This document shows, one piece after another, positions 23,144 through 37,959 of a stretch of 64,000 nt of DNA; positions within the stretch are counted from its first letter, which is position 1; every line of letters begins with the position of its first letter. Source of the stretch: the human T2T-CHM13v2.0 reference genome, Homo sapiens. The notes under the pieces were generated by a model, which was given only the letters and a program-made list of their open reading frames with translations, ran no database searches and was not told the DNA's origin. The stretch lies in the NCBI RefSeq assembly GCF_009914755.1, contig NC_060926.1; one strand, written 5' to 3'. The position numbers and the translations under genes were made by a program.

Positions 23144-25294
23144 CTGACAAGTTAACAGACCATAATGTAGCACAGCTTTTGTAATGTAGCAAAACCACCA
23201 TTTTTTATTGAACTGGATGACACTGACTGAAAGATGAGTATTCTATATACCTATTAATAAAAAAAATGCATTGCTAATTAAACCAATATGTAACACACAC
23301 TCCATTTCTGGAGAACTTTAAAATGTGAAAAATGTGCTGTTTAGAATTGATGAAATACGATATGTAAGGTAGGCAAAGCAAAAGAAGTCAAATGATCTGA
23401 AAACAAATTGTCAGTTACAAAATCACCATTAAAAGGTAAAACTAATCTACAAAATCAGTTATTTTTTAATATGCTAGTTAGTGGTGTTTGGGTATATAAC
23501 TCAGTCTTGAAATTTAACCAACAGAAATGTCACCATCAGAGGTAAATACTTTTCTAGAAGTCCACAAGAACCTTCATAAATGATAACCAGCAGGGCTTAC
23601 ACTGCTCTTTCATGGAAAACTTAACAATGCAAAGCTTCTCAAGTAAATCCACAGTTTACCAACTGCATTCATGTAAGACAGCATACATTTTCAGTCCCGT
23701 AATGAGAGAACATTTATATACTAAAAGGAAGACTTACTGGAAAAAAAATTTTGAGGAGTAATCTCTTTCCTGGTTTCAGAACAATATGGCTCCCTGGGAC
23801 TGCCTGAATTTCTTCTCTGCACAAACCTTTCAGCATATTTTAGGAGATTCTTGTGTTCTACAGCTTAGTGGCCTTCACTTATCCCTACTCTCTTTTTTAG
23901 TCCCAAAGTAGAAAACAGGTGATTGGGACCCTCCTAAGATTGGAGGGATGGACCATCCACTCCCCAGCTCTAGGGAGTTGACTTGGTCTCTGGGGTTTTC
24001 ACCTATACACCGAAATAGGCTGGAGGTGAGGTCACAGCCCATTGGCTTTTTTCTCAGTCTAGGTTTGTAGGAATAAGAACTACCATATCTTTTTTTGCAG
24101 CCACTAGGACTATAAAAACATGCTATTCTCTGTTATCATTATCACTCTTGACTATTTAAAAATCTGAATTCTCTTAGGTTTATTTATTAGATACCAATTA
24201 TGTTTCACAGGAAGTTCTTAGTTCTGTCTAGAATAATATATACAGATATAATAGTCTGAATTTAATCCTCTGAAGGATTGTTTTATAGATGATTTTTCCC
24301 TCAAACACCACAATTTCAAGGTGAAACATTTTTGTGAAAGGATATAAATGAACTGTCCATTGCATATTTCTTTTTGCTGGTTGTGTTTCTATATTCTGGG
24401 AATTAACCAAATAACTGGCTGATAAATTTGTTTCTAGATGTTCATATTAACATTCTAAAAACATAATCTCCACATCTCTTCTGTGGTCAAGACTGGTCAG
24501 AAGACAGAATCAAGAGGCTGTGTGTGTGTAACAGCAGTTAATAAAGAAACTCTGATCCTCAAACCTTACTCCTGGTTGTAAAATTTGTGTTCCTCCATTA
24601 CAGATGAGCAGTGATCTGAGTGAGCTGGATATGGAACTGAATTGACCACAATTGCCTTCTCCCTCTTGAATTAAAGCATGGTAAACATTTTTAAAACTCA
24701 CAAATGGCAAGAATCTTTATAAATAAGGTTCTCTTACATATTCTTTAATTTGGTTAATATTGTTAAATATTCAACAATATTGAAGGTGAACACAGATCAC
24801 CTTCAAGAATTAAAATTTTTCTAAGTTATCGCAGGCACTTGACTAGGTTCTCTCTGCAAATGCCATCTCCTTTACCAATGGTGAATCTGAACATTCAATT
24901 ACTTACCTTCAAAAACAAAACAAAAACATAATGAATGCTTCCTACATTTTTTTAATCATTTACATTTTTTTATGTGTAAAGCACATCATAAATTATCAGA
25001 CTCAGAGACAACTTTACCCATATAATTCGGAGGAAGAATAGCTGAAGTTACTTTCTTTCCATGTAGTGGGGTAGAACTCCCACCAATTTTACTCACTGCC
25101 CTTTCCAAAAATTACTACTTATATTCTTTCCTCCTCCAATTTTCATATATACTTGACATAAATTAACATTAAGACAACGATTAAAGAGAAGTCATCCATA
25201 TTTGTTAAGCCTATTAAGGAGTTAAATATTTTCTAATTTAAGAATAATCGGTTTCATGGGAGCACACACAAGAGAAAACTAGGTTACAACTCAC

Positions 25295-25375
25295 CCACAG
25301 TTTTCTGGTACCTCCTTGTTGACCCGTTGGGAGTTCTAGGTGAAGGTCTCCTCCACTAGAGTACATTTCTACAAC
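25295..25375 (-). CDS. TMEM131: TMEM131 exon (81 nt; VVEMYSSGGDLHLELPTGQQGGTRKLW)
   Basis: Acceptor ccccag and donor TGG|gtgagt; phase 0-0. Confidence 0.95.
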
Positions 25376-25924
25376 CTGGGGCAAAAGAGCACATGATGGC
25401 TACGTTCAAAGTCATATTCTCAAAGCAGGTGACTTGCTATTACACAGAAATAATTCTGACATCCTAACTGTTTATCACAAAACATTTAAAGATATAAACG
25501 TAGGATATGTATAATATCACTAAATTCAGTGCTCTGTATGTGTAAGCAATAGTTGTATTTTTAATTAAAATAAGGTAACTTTGAAAATTTAACTTAGAAA
25601 CAGTGTAAGTACCATAGTTGTTCCAGAGACCAGATTTTAGAAAGTAACAGGATACTTATTTTTCTTTTTTCCAAAGGGAATCACTTACAAAAATTACCAA
25701 GTTTTGGAAACATAAATTTTGTATTTCTTACAGTAACACAAAGTGCTTCTTTATCCATACATTTATAACAAGAGCCAGCAGTGGATCAAATAACTACCAT
25801 AATTGTGAGATGGGGAAGAGTAAAAATATTTGAGATATATACAAAATAACTCTAATGGAACATGAAAATATGTGGTTTCTACTGGTAGCAAAAATATTTC
25901 TGTGGCTTATGCCTAAGCTTACTT

Positions 25925-26450
25925 TTTTTAAACAGCTTTATTGAGTTATTTATGTAAAATAAATAATACATATTTAAAGTATACAACCTGATGAATCCTG
26001 ACCTATGTGTTTGGGCATAAAACCATCACTGTAATTAAGATATTAAATATATCCATTATCCCCAAAAGCTTCCTCATGCCTTGTGCAATCCATCCATCCT
26101 TCTCTGTCCCTTCCTATTTCTAGGCAACCACTGATCTGCTCTCTATCACCTCAGACTAGCTCATATTTTCTAGAGTTTTATCTAAATGGAATAATACAAC
26201 ATATACTCTTGTGTCTGGCTTCTTTTGCTCAATGCAATTATTTTGAGGTCTACCACTTTGTTTATGCATTAATAGTTCACTTCTATTTGATGACTATACC
26301 GCAGTTTTTCAATCCACACATTAATGGGACATTTGAGTTGTTTCCAATGTCTGGCCATTAAAGAGAAAGCTGCTGTGGATACTGAGTACAAGTCTTGGTG
26401 TGGTCATCTGCTTTCCTTTCTTTTGGGTAAATATATATACACAAAATGGG
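25925..26450 (-). mobile_element. Old L1M 3' end fragment
   Basis: aacagctttattgag...aggcaaccactgatctgc...aaatggaataatacaa; boundaries approximate. Confidence 0.7.
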
Positions 26451-26602
26451 TCACAAGGCAGGAGACCTTCCTTTAAAGGTAAGCTAACCCTAATTCTTAA
26501 AAAGAAAAAATATATTTAATTCAATTAAATTTGGGGTGAAGTATGAGAATGGGTGGAAACGTTCACTTGTTTCATCACAAGAAGTCCTCCAGGAGTGAAT
26601 AA

Positions 26603-26959
<357 letters not shown>

Positions 26960-27258
26960 CCTTAAAGGTTTTTTTTGTTTGTTTGTTTTTTTGGCAGGGG
27001 CCGGGGAGTTGCTGCTGTAAAAGTAATGCATTTACCAAAGACTGATAAGCTATAGATTTTCTTTGTATATTATTACTTGCCTGCTGATTTGTTACAGTGC
27101 TCATCTATAGTGCTTATTGTGTTAATAATAATAGCACCTTAAATGATAGGATGACTATAGAACTTTTTCTGGAAAACCAGAAAACATCACACATTATTTC
27201 ATCAATCCTTCCAAGTATCAAGCAAACAAGCATAACAATGCTTGAAAACAGAAGATTA

Positions 27259-27585
27259 GACCAGACTCAGTGGCTCATGCCTGTAATCCCGGCACTTTGG
27301 GAGGCCAAGGTAGCGGGGATCACTTGAGCCCAGGAGTTGTAGGCCAGCCTAGGCAACATAGTGAGAGTCTGTCTCTACAAAAAAATAAAAAACATTAGCC
27401 AGGTGTGGTGGCGTGCACCTGTAGTCCCAACTACTCAGGAGACTGAGGTAAAAGGATTGGTTGAGCCTGGGAGGTCAAGACTGCAGTAAGCCAAGATGGC
27501 ACCACTGCACTCCAGCCTGGTGTCTGGAAAACCAACCAACCAACCAACCAACCAACCAACCAACCAACCAACCAACCAAAAAAAC
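27259..27585 (+). mobile_element. Alu (AluJ-like) with (CCAA)n microsatellite tail
   Basis: Diverged dimer; (CCAA)n at ~27531-27578; CAGAAGATTA flanking direct repeat. Confidence 0.88.
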
Positions 27586-27918
27586 CCCCAGAAGATTAAA
27601 AAGTCGCCTACTGATAACAGAGAAAATGAATAAAGAAATAGAGACAGAAAAAGTCTAAATTACAAAGTCAAACAAATAATTACACTAAAACTAGGAACCT
27701 GACACATTCTTTATTTTTAGTCCAGTGCTATTTGTTCTAATTTAGTATAGTTTAGGAAAAAAAGGAAGCCAAACATTATGTACAGAATATATTATGTGTA
27801 AACAAATTCCCACAATAAATGTTTCTGTGCCCACATACACGCATGCACAAGAGAAAGGTCTAGAATGATACATACAAGGTGGCAAAAGTGGTGTCCACGA
27901 GGAAGGGCTTGGACTGCA

Positions 27919-28104
27919 ACTATGCTGTCTATGCAATAGCTATCAGCTACATGTGGTTATTTACATTTAAATTAGTTGAAATAACATTTTGGCCACCCTA
28001 GCTGAATTAAAGAGCTCAACAGTCACACGTAGCTAGCGGCTACTGTTTTGGACAAAGCAGGAAAGGAACTATTCCATCATCACAGAAAGTTCTGCTGGAC
28101 AGCT
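27919..28104 (+). mobile_element. MER3-like hAT MITE
   Basis: gctacatgtggttatttacatttaaattag...ttccatcatcacagaaagttctgctggacagc. Confidence 0.7.
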
Positions 28105-28659
28105 GGACTGGGAAGTAGGAAGTTCAAAGGGACGTTTTTGCTTCATTCATGTTTGAATTGTTAACATTTTTTTCCTGAGGAGAACATACTCATGTGTTTA
28201 TGTTGTATAATCAACAAACGATATACATTTTCTCGCTTTACAATCTTTTCTTACTGTAATATTGACAAGACTAGTGACACACAGTAACACTGGACTACAA
28301 GGGTAAGAGTGTCTTCCCAGGTAAACAATCTATATTTGGTTCTAAGAGAGTAACTTTGGTGTTCCATTTGCTCTCTTGTGTAAATCTTGAATTAAAATGT
28401 TTTAACTGGAAAAAGACTAGATGAATTGAATTCGAAGTGATCACTGTGCTGGGCTTGGTAACTCCAAAGGCTGAAGAGAAAAGGTACAGACTGTAAGGCA
28501 ACTCTGGCAATTGTAGACTGACCAACATCTGCTGAGTCCTGCAAGCTCCATCCTTGTGGTCTGGCCACCACAATGAGGCAGCACCCTTGGGGCACCCTGT
28601 TAACAGCCCTTCTACGGCACAGTGGGGCAACTCATGCAGTCGGGTCTAACGGAGTAAGA

Positions 28660-28806
28660 GGCCAGGCACAGTGGCACATGCCTGTCATCTCGGCACTTTG
28701 GGAAGCTAAGGCAGGAGGATTGCTTGAGGCCAGGAGTTCAAGGCTGCAGTGAACCATGACCGTGCCACTGCACTCCAGTTTGAGTGACAGAGTGAGACCC
28801 TGTCTT
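28660..28806 (+). mobile_element. Alu monomer (FAM/FRAM-like)
   Basis: Single monomer ggccaggcacagtgg...gagtgagaccctgtct. Confidence 0.8.
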
Positions 28807-29820
28807 TTGTAAAAACAGGAAAGAAAGCAGCAAGAATTTCTGAAGTTTCTACATAGATTTGTAATAACAGCCAGAACAGGGAAACTACACCATTACCTAA
28901 AGTATCAAAAGGACGTAAACAACAGAAGGATGGTGAGGATAAGAGGGAATACTTCCCACCTGAAAAGCAGGACATAAGAACAGGTTCTTCTGTGATGCAG
29001 ACATCCAGCTACAAAAATTAAAACTGGGGCTATCTTCACCCAGTTGTTGCCAAGTGTTGGGGAGAGATTTCTTTCGTGCTGCTTTCACTTATCATTTCTA
29101 AGCATTTCACTATTCAGGCTCTGAACATTTCCCTGGTTCATCCTCATTTCCTCTTCCATTGTTTATGAACAGTTATACCAGGGTGGTCTGGGACAACAGC
29201 CATTTTAGTTGCCAAAGCCCTATACTTACCACAAAATATAGTATTTTTCCTCCACCTGTCATTTTCAAGCTGCTTTTAAGTCCTGCAGTGTTGGTCCGAA
29301 AGAACTCTGGCACCCTGGACTATTCTAGAAAGCATTCACATCTACTTTTAACACAGACAACACAACTAGAAGCCACAGAGGCTGCACATGTCACACAGCT
29401 AAGTCCCTAGGATGTAAGGTAGAGATTTCAGAAAATCTCTGAAGGAATGACACTAGCCACTTCCACTGTGAAAGAGACAAGGAGCTAGTGAGGAGGAATC
29501 TCACACTTGAAAACAATTACTGCTAGAAGATTAGGTAAGATAAGTTGAATTTTTTAAATAAAAAAACAAGCTTGCTTTTAAGCATAATTCTATATTACCC
29601 TTTCCCTGAATTTTAATTTCTAGGTTGCCATCACCAAAAATTTATTATTTCCAGAAATAAACTTGAACTGTTTTAAAAAACATGGATATTGGGCCAGAAA
29701 GTGTTTACAGGCAAGAAAAAAAGCAGCCTTGTGTAGCTAAAAACTCTTCTTTAAATGCAGAGCTGCCTAAACTATAACACCAGAGAAGACACAGTCGTTT
29801 TAAAAATGATTCAAAAAATT

Positions 29821-29879
29821 CAAAATCCAGACTGCTGTATTCCAAAATTCAGACTGCTGTATTCCAAAATTCAGACTGC
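29821..29879 (+). repeat. 22-bp tandem repeat CAAAATTCAGACTGCTGTATTC x~2.7
   Basis: Directly visible. Confidence 0.9.
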
Positions 29880-30031
29880 AGCAAGCTGTACTAAAAGTAA
29901 TACCCCTCTCAATACACTATAAAACCCTATTATTTTAAATAGTCTTGGAAACTGTAACAAACTGAGATTTCATGCTAAGCATTAATTCCCACCAAAATGA
30001 AGCTTATTCAAAATTACCATCATAAACTCAC

Positions 30032-30154
30032 CTGTAAAGGCTCACTGTGAGGATTGTGGATGTTTATTATAGGTGAGAAACTGCTATTCACAGGGACTCT
30101 GGCCCCAAGGAACGGCCTCAATCGATATGGATTTGGAACTCCAACACCAAATAC
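30032..30154 (-). CDS. TMEM131: TMEM131 exon (123 nt; VFGVGVPNPYRLRPFLGARVPVNSSFSPIINIHNPHSEPLQ)
   Basis: Acceptor aaacag and donor CAG|gtgagt; phase 0-0. Confidence 0.95.
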
Positions 30155-31554
30155 CTGTTTCAGTGGAGGAAAAAAATGCAATTTTAGTTGCTTTTATAAT
30201 TAATATTTTTAGTTATAACTGACTGATCTAGGGAGACTGGCAAATCTAATTTATGTATAAAAAATTAACAATCCCTTTATTTAAAAAAAACCCCCACAAA
30301 TGTTGTTTCTGTACATGATTTGGCTACATATTTGATTGACTATGTATGTGAATTTAGAATGATTTCTTTAATATATTAGAAATTGAATAACAGTCCTTCA
30401 AGAAGCCATGCAATAGACAAAAGAAGAAAATAGGGAGTCAAAAGATTTCCTGACCCCAACCATCAGAAGATGGATCTACGGCCCAGACAACCTCTCAAAT
30501 ACCAAGCCCAGCCCCAGGTCATTCCCACATGGGATGGCCCTAGGTTGACTAAGCAGGGTAAACCAGTAATTCAAATGATATTATTAATATATTGCTATTT
30601 ATTAAGTGTCTATGAGGTGCTAGGCACATATACAATAGTGAACAATTCAACAGTAAAAAAACAGATAATGTGCTGGGTCTCATGAAACTTACATCGTAGT
30701 ATTGGAGACAGACTGGATACCAATAAAAAGATTTAAAAAAAAAATCCCTCTGCCAGAGAGTGAGTAACAGACAGTGTTGGGGGAGAGTGGAGGGCATTCA
30801 GACAGCTAATGTGTAATCCAGTGAGAGTGGCCTGGAAGACAGCAGTGGTAGTGAGGAGGAGGGAAGTAAACAGACTGGAGATATATTTGGTGAAAGACTA
30901 GATGTGAAGAGGTAAAGAAAGAAGACAGCTGGCCATTGGGGTCACCTTGAGAACAACCTGATCATGACCCTCAATAGTCCAGATTGGCTGCCATCACCTA
31001 GGTCTGTTGTGGGATGCCATCGTGGGGCAATGACCTTCATTTTTATGATAGTCTTTTCATTTACTCAACACGTACATGCTAAATGGGTAAGATCTGTCTA
31101 GCACTTCAAAATTACTGAACCAACCATCAACAGCGTACTGAATGCCTACTAAGCAACCGCTAAAGATTTACTCACCATACATAAGCAGAAGACACAGTCC
31201 TTACTGAAAGGGAACACTGACTCTGACTGACCCTTATTTTATATGATATGTCAGAGTTAATGGGTACTGGGGAGGAAATGTTTAAAAAAAAAAAAAAAAG
31301 CACAGGAACTGTAAAGTAATGTGTCAGAGCTAACACTCAAGTTCCACTGGCAGCACAGCACAGTGGTAAAGATTATGGTCTTTATACTTACAAAGACATG
31401 AGTTTGAGTCCCCCTCAACAACTTACTAATAGCATGACTTGGGCAAATGATTTAACCTTTTAAAACTTCAAGAATAACTGTACCTATAACATAGGTAGAA
31501 GGGCATGTATAGTACACTGCTGGACAAATATGAGCAATTATTGTTAAGAATCTT

Positions 31555-31857
<303 letters not shown>

Positions 31858-32361
31858 TAGTCCTGACATATAAAAATCTTGATTCACAAACAGAATAATG
31901 GCTGATATACAAAAAGATTTACTATATGACTCCTATATACATTAACTTTCTTTAATGACCTAAACCAAAATTCTATGTAAAAATAAGTTTATCAAAAAAT
32001 ACCTACTAAAGGAAAGTAGACATGAATGTTTTAATCTTGACACTATTATCAAGTATGCTTCATAAGTGTGTAAAAGTAAAAATTAAACAAAATTTTATAA
32101 GTCAGCATGAAAATATTTTTTCACTATTCTTTTGTCAATCTTAAATTAACACTTTAGCTGTTGCTTTAAAATCACCTGTTCAGTCTGATTTGAATAGAGA
32201 TATTGAATAGAGATATTCACTGTAAGTATAAAAATGCTCTAAGTCTAAACTCCTACATTTTCTATTATCCTTTGAGTTCCTGAGTTCTTAAAAGGCTGTC
32301 ATATGATAAGGCAGAGGTAATGATTATATTGTATAAAATAAGTTTTAATTCTGGTTCTTAC

Positions 32362-32478
32362 CTGGTAAGTAAATACCCCATGATTAGATGTATTAATAAA
32401 TAAAGTATTTTCTACATTTCCTACTACTCTTGCAAGAAAAACTACATCAAATGATGTATTTCCTCCTGGAAGAATTTT
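32362..32478 (-). CDS. TMEM131: TMEM131 exon (117 nt; KILPGGNTSFDVVFLARVVGNVENTLFINTSNHGVFTYQ)
   Basis: Acceptor tttcag and donor CAG|gtaaga; phase 0-0; open frame continuous with neighbouring exons. Confidence 0.95.
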
Positions 32479-34787
32479 CTGAAACAGAAAATAAAGTTAA
32501 ATTTGTAACAAGAAAAAAAATTATACAGCTCAAGTTCCTTAAACAAGTTTCTTAGAATCACTTCCATAAACTAGTTTTTCCTTTAAAAGTTTAAGCTTTA
32601 AGTTAGCAGTGGAAAATAATTAAAAAGATGTCTTCCATATTGAATGTCTACAGTCACATATCTTTGTCAATTACCAGCCACAGCCTTGTACAACAGATGG
32701 TTTCCTGGATTCTGTTCATTTAACAATCACTAGGCTGGCATGAAGTACCTAATTACAGGCTGTTCCACGATGAGACAATCAGATAGGAGTTGCGTTGAGG
32801 CTGAGTTTTCATATAGATATACTGCTGTACTACTAAGCAGTGACTTGTTTTAGTCCAAAGAATAAGCCCAGGCCTCAACCTTATGAAATCTGCCTTCCAT
32901 CCACACAAGGAACAAAATGTCCCAGCAACTTAAATAGGAAAGAAGGCAGGGGTGAATGTATGTGCAGGAACTCACTCCTGTTACTTTCTGCAGATTAAGA
33001 ATGTCACTATAGTTAGTAAAATAAAATGTTATTACCACAAAACAATAGGGCTACTCCCATGTTCAAGAGACTGAAATTGCGGTTCTGCCCTGAAACAAAG
33101 CCTTAAAGTGCATTTTAATATGTAAAGCCATCAACCTCTCTCATTCTGCCTCTATGGCTAGAACTCTAAAATGCTACCTAAATGATAGCTCAAAATACAT
33201 GGTAGTAAGACTCTGGCTTCACCTTAGTCTGAAGAAAGCGAGAGTATGTCTCCTACATTACCACCAACAAAAGAGTAACTTACAAGTTGTGAATTATTGT
33301 AATTATTCTTTTGTTGCATTATATTACGGTAATGTAGTGCAACAAAAGAATAATTACAATAATTCACAACTTTTCTTGAACCCATCACAGAGTGAGATTA
33401 TCAACTAGCCTGAAATCGTAGAAAAGACAAGCACCTCCAAGGACAGATAGAATGGGAATACTGGCTCACCCATGGCAGAGAAGGGAAGAAGATGAGGCTA
33501 TCATACAGGAGTGTCAGCTAGAAATGCAGCTAACATGTTTACACATTGCTAGAGGTTGACTGTGTGAACTTGCACGGGAGCACAAAAGCCCTGGAAGCTG
33601 TAGACACTGGTGCTATTCACACCTGAGCCAGAAATTAGCAACAGAAAGATACCCGGCAAACCCTCAAAAAGTCTGAAATTCAACAACATACTTCTAAAAT
33701 AAGCCACGGGTGAAATGAGTAGTAACAAGAGAAATTATAAAATATTTTGAATTGATTGGAAATGAAAGCACAATATTAAAATCTGTAGGCTGCAGGTAAA
33801 GCAATACTTGGAAGAAAATTTATAGCATTACATGCTTATTTTGAACAGAAATGTTTCACATCAATAATCTACATTTCTGTTTTGAGACACTAGAAAAAGA
33901 ATAAATTAAACCCAGAGTAAGCAAAAGGAAGGAAAATAAAGAGTAAAAATTAATGAAATAGAAAACAGAAAGTAGCAAAAAAAAAAAAAAATCAATAAAA
34001 CCGAAGCTGGTGCCTCAAAAAGTCCATAAAATGGATAAAACTCTACAGAGAGTGACTGTGATAAAAAGGGAGAAGTCAAAAATATAAGGAACTAAAATGT
34101 GGACATCATTGCATACACTTTACACACAAAAAGAATGATAAAGGAGTATTACAAGCAACTCCATGCCCACAAATTTAACAGCTAGGAGAAATGGACACAT
34201 TCTTTGACAGTCGGCTAGATCTGACACAATCTGCCAAAGCTCACTCAAACTGAAATAGTCGTGCACACAGTTAAAATTTAATTTGTGGTTTAAAATCTTC
34301 CCACAAAGAAAAGCCCGAGCTTAAATGATTTCACTCGTGGAAAAGAATTCTCTACCAACCATTTAAGAAAGAAATAATACCTACGTTACATAAACTTTCC
34401 GACATACAGGAGAGAACATTCCTAATTCAGCATTACCCTGAATCAGGACCACATAAAGACTTGAAAAGTATAAGCCAATATCCTTCGTAAACATAGAAAC
34501 ACAACTTTCCACAAAGTACGGCAAACTGAATCGAGGCAAGATATAAAACGGGCAACACATCATGAGCAAGTAGTTTTTAACCTAGAAATGCAATTCTAGT
34601 TCAACATTCAAAAATCAAATCAATGTAATTTACTTAACAGACTAAAGAAAAAGCACAAGATCATCTCAACAGCAGCATATAATTTGACAAAATTGAATAT
34701 CAAGTCATGATTTAAAATCTCAGTAAACTAAGTCAATAGAAGAGAACTCCCTCAATATTATAAAGAACACCTACAAAAACCCTAAAG

Positions 34788-34993
34788 AAGCTTGTCCATC
34801 CTGCAGCCCATGGGCTGCATGCAGCCCAGGATAGCTTGAATTGGGCCCAACACAAATTTGTAAACTTTCTTAAAACATTAAGTTTTTTGGTGCCTTTTTA
34901 TTTTAAAGCTATCATTAGTGTATTTTATGTGTGGCCCAAGACAATTCTTCTTCTTCCAATGTGCCCCAGGGAAGCAAAGATTGGACACTCCTG
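34788..34993 (-). mobile_element. MER30 (hAT) inserted in L1
   Basis: The reverse complement begins caggagtgtccaatctttgcttccctggggcacattggaagaagaagaattgtcttgggccacac. Confidence 0.8.
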
Positions 34994-35093
34994 CCCTAGG
35001 AGCTACCACAGCATTTAATGGTGAATGATTGAATGCTTTTCCTCCAAAATTTAAAACAAGGCAAGGATGCCCTCTCTTATGACAGCTATCTAA

Positions 35094-35448
<355 letters not shown>

Positions 35449-36567
35449 CTACACATTAGTACAGAAGAAAAATCTGTTTTTATTCAGATAACATGGCTTT
35501 CTACACAGAAAAATCCCTAAAAATATCTATAAAAATCCTCCTAAAAGAGTTTAACAAAGTCATGGGAATCAAGGTCAACATATAATGATCAATTGTATCT
35601 CCATATACTAGCAATGAACAAGTGGAATTCTAATTTTTAAAAACGTACTATTTAGGATAACACACACACAAAGAAATACTGAGGTATAAATCTAATAACA
35701 TACAAGTTCTGTAAGCTGAAAACTATAAAACACTACTGAAAGTAACTGAAGAAGACAAATTAATGAAAATATTGTGTTCATGGGTTAGAAGACTCAATAT
35801 TAGATGTTAGTTCTCCTGAAATGGATTTATATATCTAATGCAAGTGGAACCAAAATTCAGTCTAAGGAGAAGTAACAACTAAATGCAATAGGAAATAGGA
35901 TCCTAAAACAGAAAAAGCAGTACACTGATAGAAAAACTGATGAAATTCATATAAGTTCTTTAGTTAATGGTATCGTACTAATGCTAGTTTCCTGGTTTGA
36001 AAATTGTACTATGATTATATAAGATGTTAACATCAGAAGAATGTTAGAGTGAGGAATATATGGAGAGTATTACTTTTCTGTACATCTTTAAAGTTAATTC
36101 AAAAGAACATTATAAAAAAAACTCAGCAGTATTTTTTTTTAAAGAAACTGACACGCTGATTCTAAAATTTAGATGATAAAGAAAGGAAATAAGGAAAGCC
36201 AAAGCAATTCTGAAAGAGAAAATCAAAATTGGAGGATTCATAGTATCTAATTCTAAGAATTAATATAAAGCCACAGTTATCAAAACAGTATGGGCTGGTG
36301 AAAGGACAGGTATTTCAGAGTCTATTAGATACGTATTAGAACATAGTGAAGAGTCCAAAACCAGACTCACACATACAAGGTCAACTGACTTTCAACAAAA
36401 GTACAGTGGGATTTCAATGAAAAAGAATAGTTGTTTTCAACCAACAGTCCAGGAACCAATGAATATCCACACACAAAACAAAACAATCCTCAATCCATAT
36501 CTTATACCATAAACAAACAGTAGCTAAAAATGGACTGTAGATCTAAATATAAAATCTAAAACTATTA

Positions 36568-36923
36568 TGGTTGTCCCTCAGTATCTGTGGGATTGGCTCC
36601 AGGACTTCATGCAGATACCAACATCTGTGGTTGCTGAAGTCTCTGCTAAAAAACAATGTAGCATTTGCATATAACCTATGCCTATCCTCCTGGCTATGCA
36701 CGTATCTCCTGGGGATACTTTAAATAATCTCTACATTACTTGTAATACTTAATACAATGTAAATGCTATGTAAGTAGTTTATACTGTATTATTTGTTTGA
36801 ACATGTACAGACAAGAAAAGTCTTGTTCAGTACAGAAGCACTATTTTTTTTTTCTCAAATAGTTTTGACCTGCAGTTGACTGAATCCATGGATGAGAAGC
36901 TCATGGATACACAGGGCCAGCTG
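36568..36923 (+). mobile_element. MER2 (Tigger-family MITE)
   Basis: Inverted ends gttgtccctcagtatc...gatacacagggccagctg, flanked by TA. Confidence 0.82.
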
Positions 36924-37884
36924 TACTTCTAGGAAAAAAAAAGGAGAAAATCTTTGTGACTTTGGATTAGGCAAAGATTTCCTAGCTACAACTCCCAAAG
37001 CATGACCCATAAAAGAACAATTTGATAAACTGGACACCATGAAAATTATAAACTTCTGCTCTTTCAAATATTATATAAAAAGAATGAAAAGGTATGACAC
37101 AAACTGGAAGAAAAGACTTGCAAATCACATATCTCAAGAAAGACTTGTATCCTGAACACATAAGGAACTCTCACGAACTCAATGAGAAAACAAACAACTC
37201 AACTTAAAAAACAGGCAAAGAACTGAACAGACACTTCACCAAAGAAAACATATGGATGGCAAATAAAAAGATGCTCAAAATCAATTTTCACTGGAGAATG
37301 CAAATTAAGATAAAAATGGCCTAACACTGTACACCTAGCTGAGTGACTCGCATCACAAAAAACCCAAACCTCACAATACAGAGTGCTAATAAGGATGTGG
37401 AGCAACCAAAACTCTCATGTTTCTCATGGGAATACAAACTGGAACAGTTGTTATAAAAAACTGTTAAAATCTGTAGGTAAATATTTACAGTGAGTTTATT
37501 TATAATAACTCCAAACTGGAAACACCCCAAAAGTCTTCAACTAGTGAATGAATAAACCACACAGTGACACCGCCAGCCAATGAAATACTATTCCATAATA
37601 ATAAAGTGGTACAAAGAACTGATACAGCCTACTACACCAACCAATATGAAATGCATTATGCTAAAAGAAAGAAGCCAGACTAAAAATGCTATATGCTACA
37701 TGGTTCCATTAATACAGTCTTCTGGAATAGGCTACACTCAGTGGTTTGAGTTGACCAAATTGTTGATTATATGACCTTATGGGTTTGTCAAAACTCAGAA
37801 CTATACACTAAAAGGGTGAATTTCACTGCAAGTATACTATAATTTAAAAACAAATACATATAAAATATATATTAAATACATCAG

Positions 37885-37959
37885 TGTGTCTATGTATATA
37901 TATGTGTGTGTCTGTGTGTGTATATCTCTCTCTCTCTTTTTTTTTTTTTTTTTTTTTTT
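37885..37959 (+). repeat. Compound microsatellite (TA/TG/TC/T)
   Basis: Directly visible. Confidence 0.8.
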
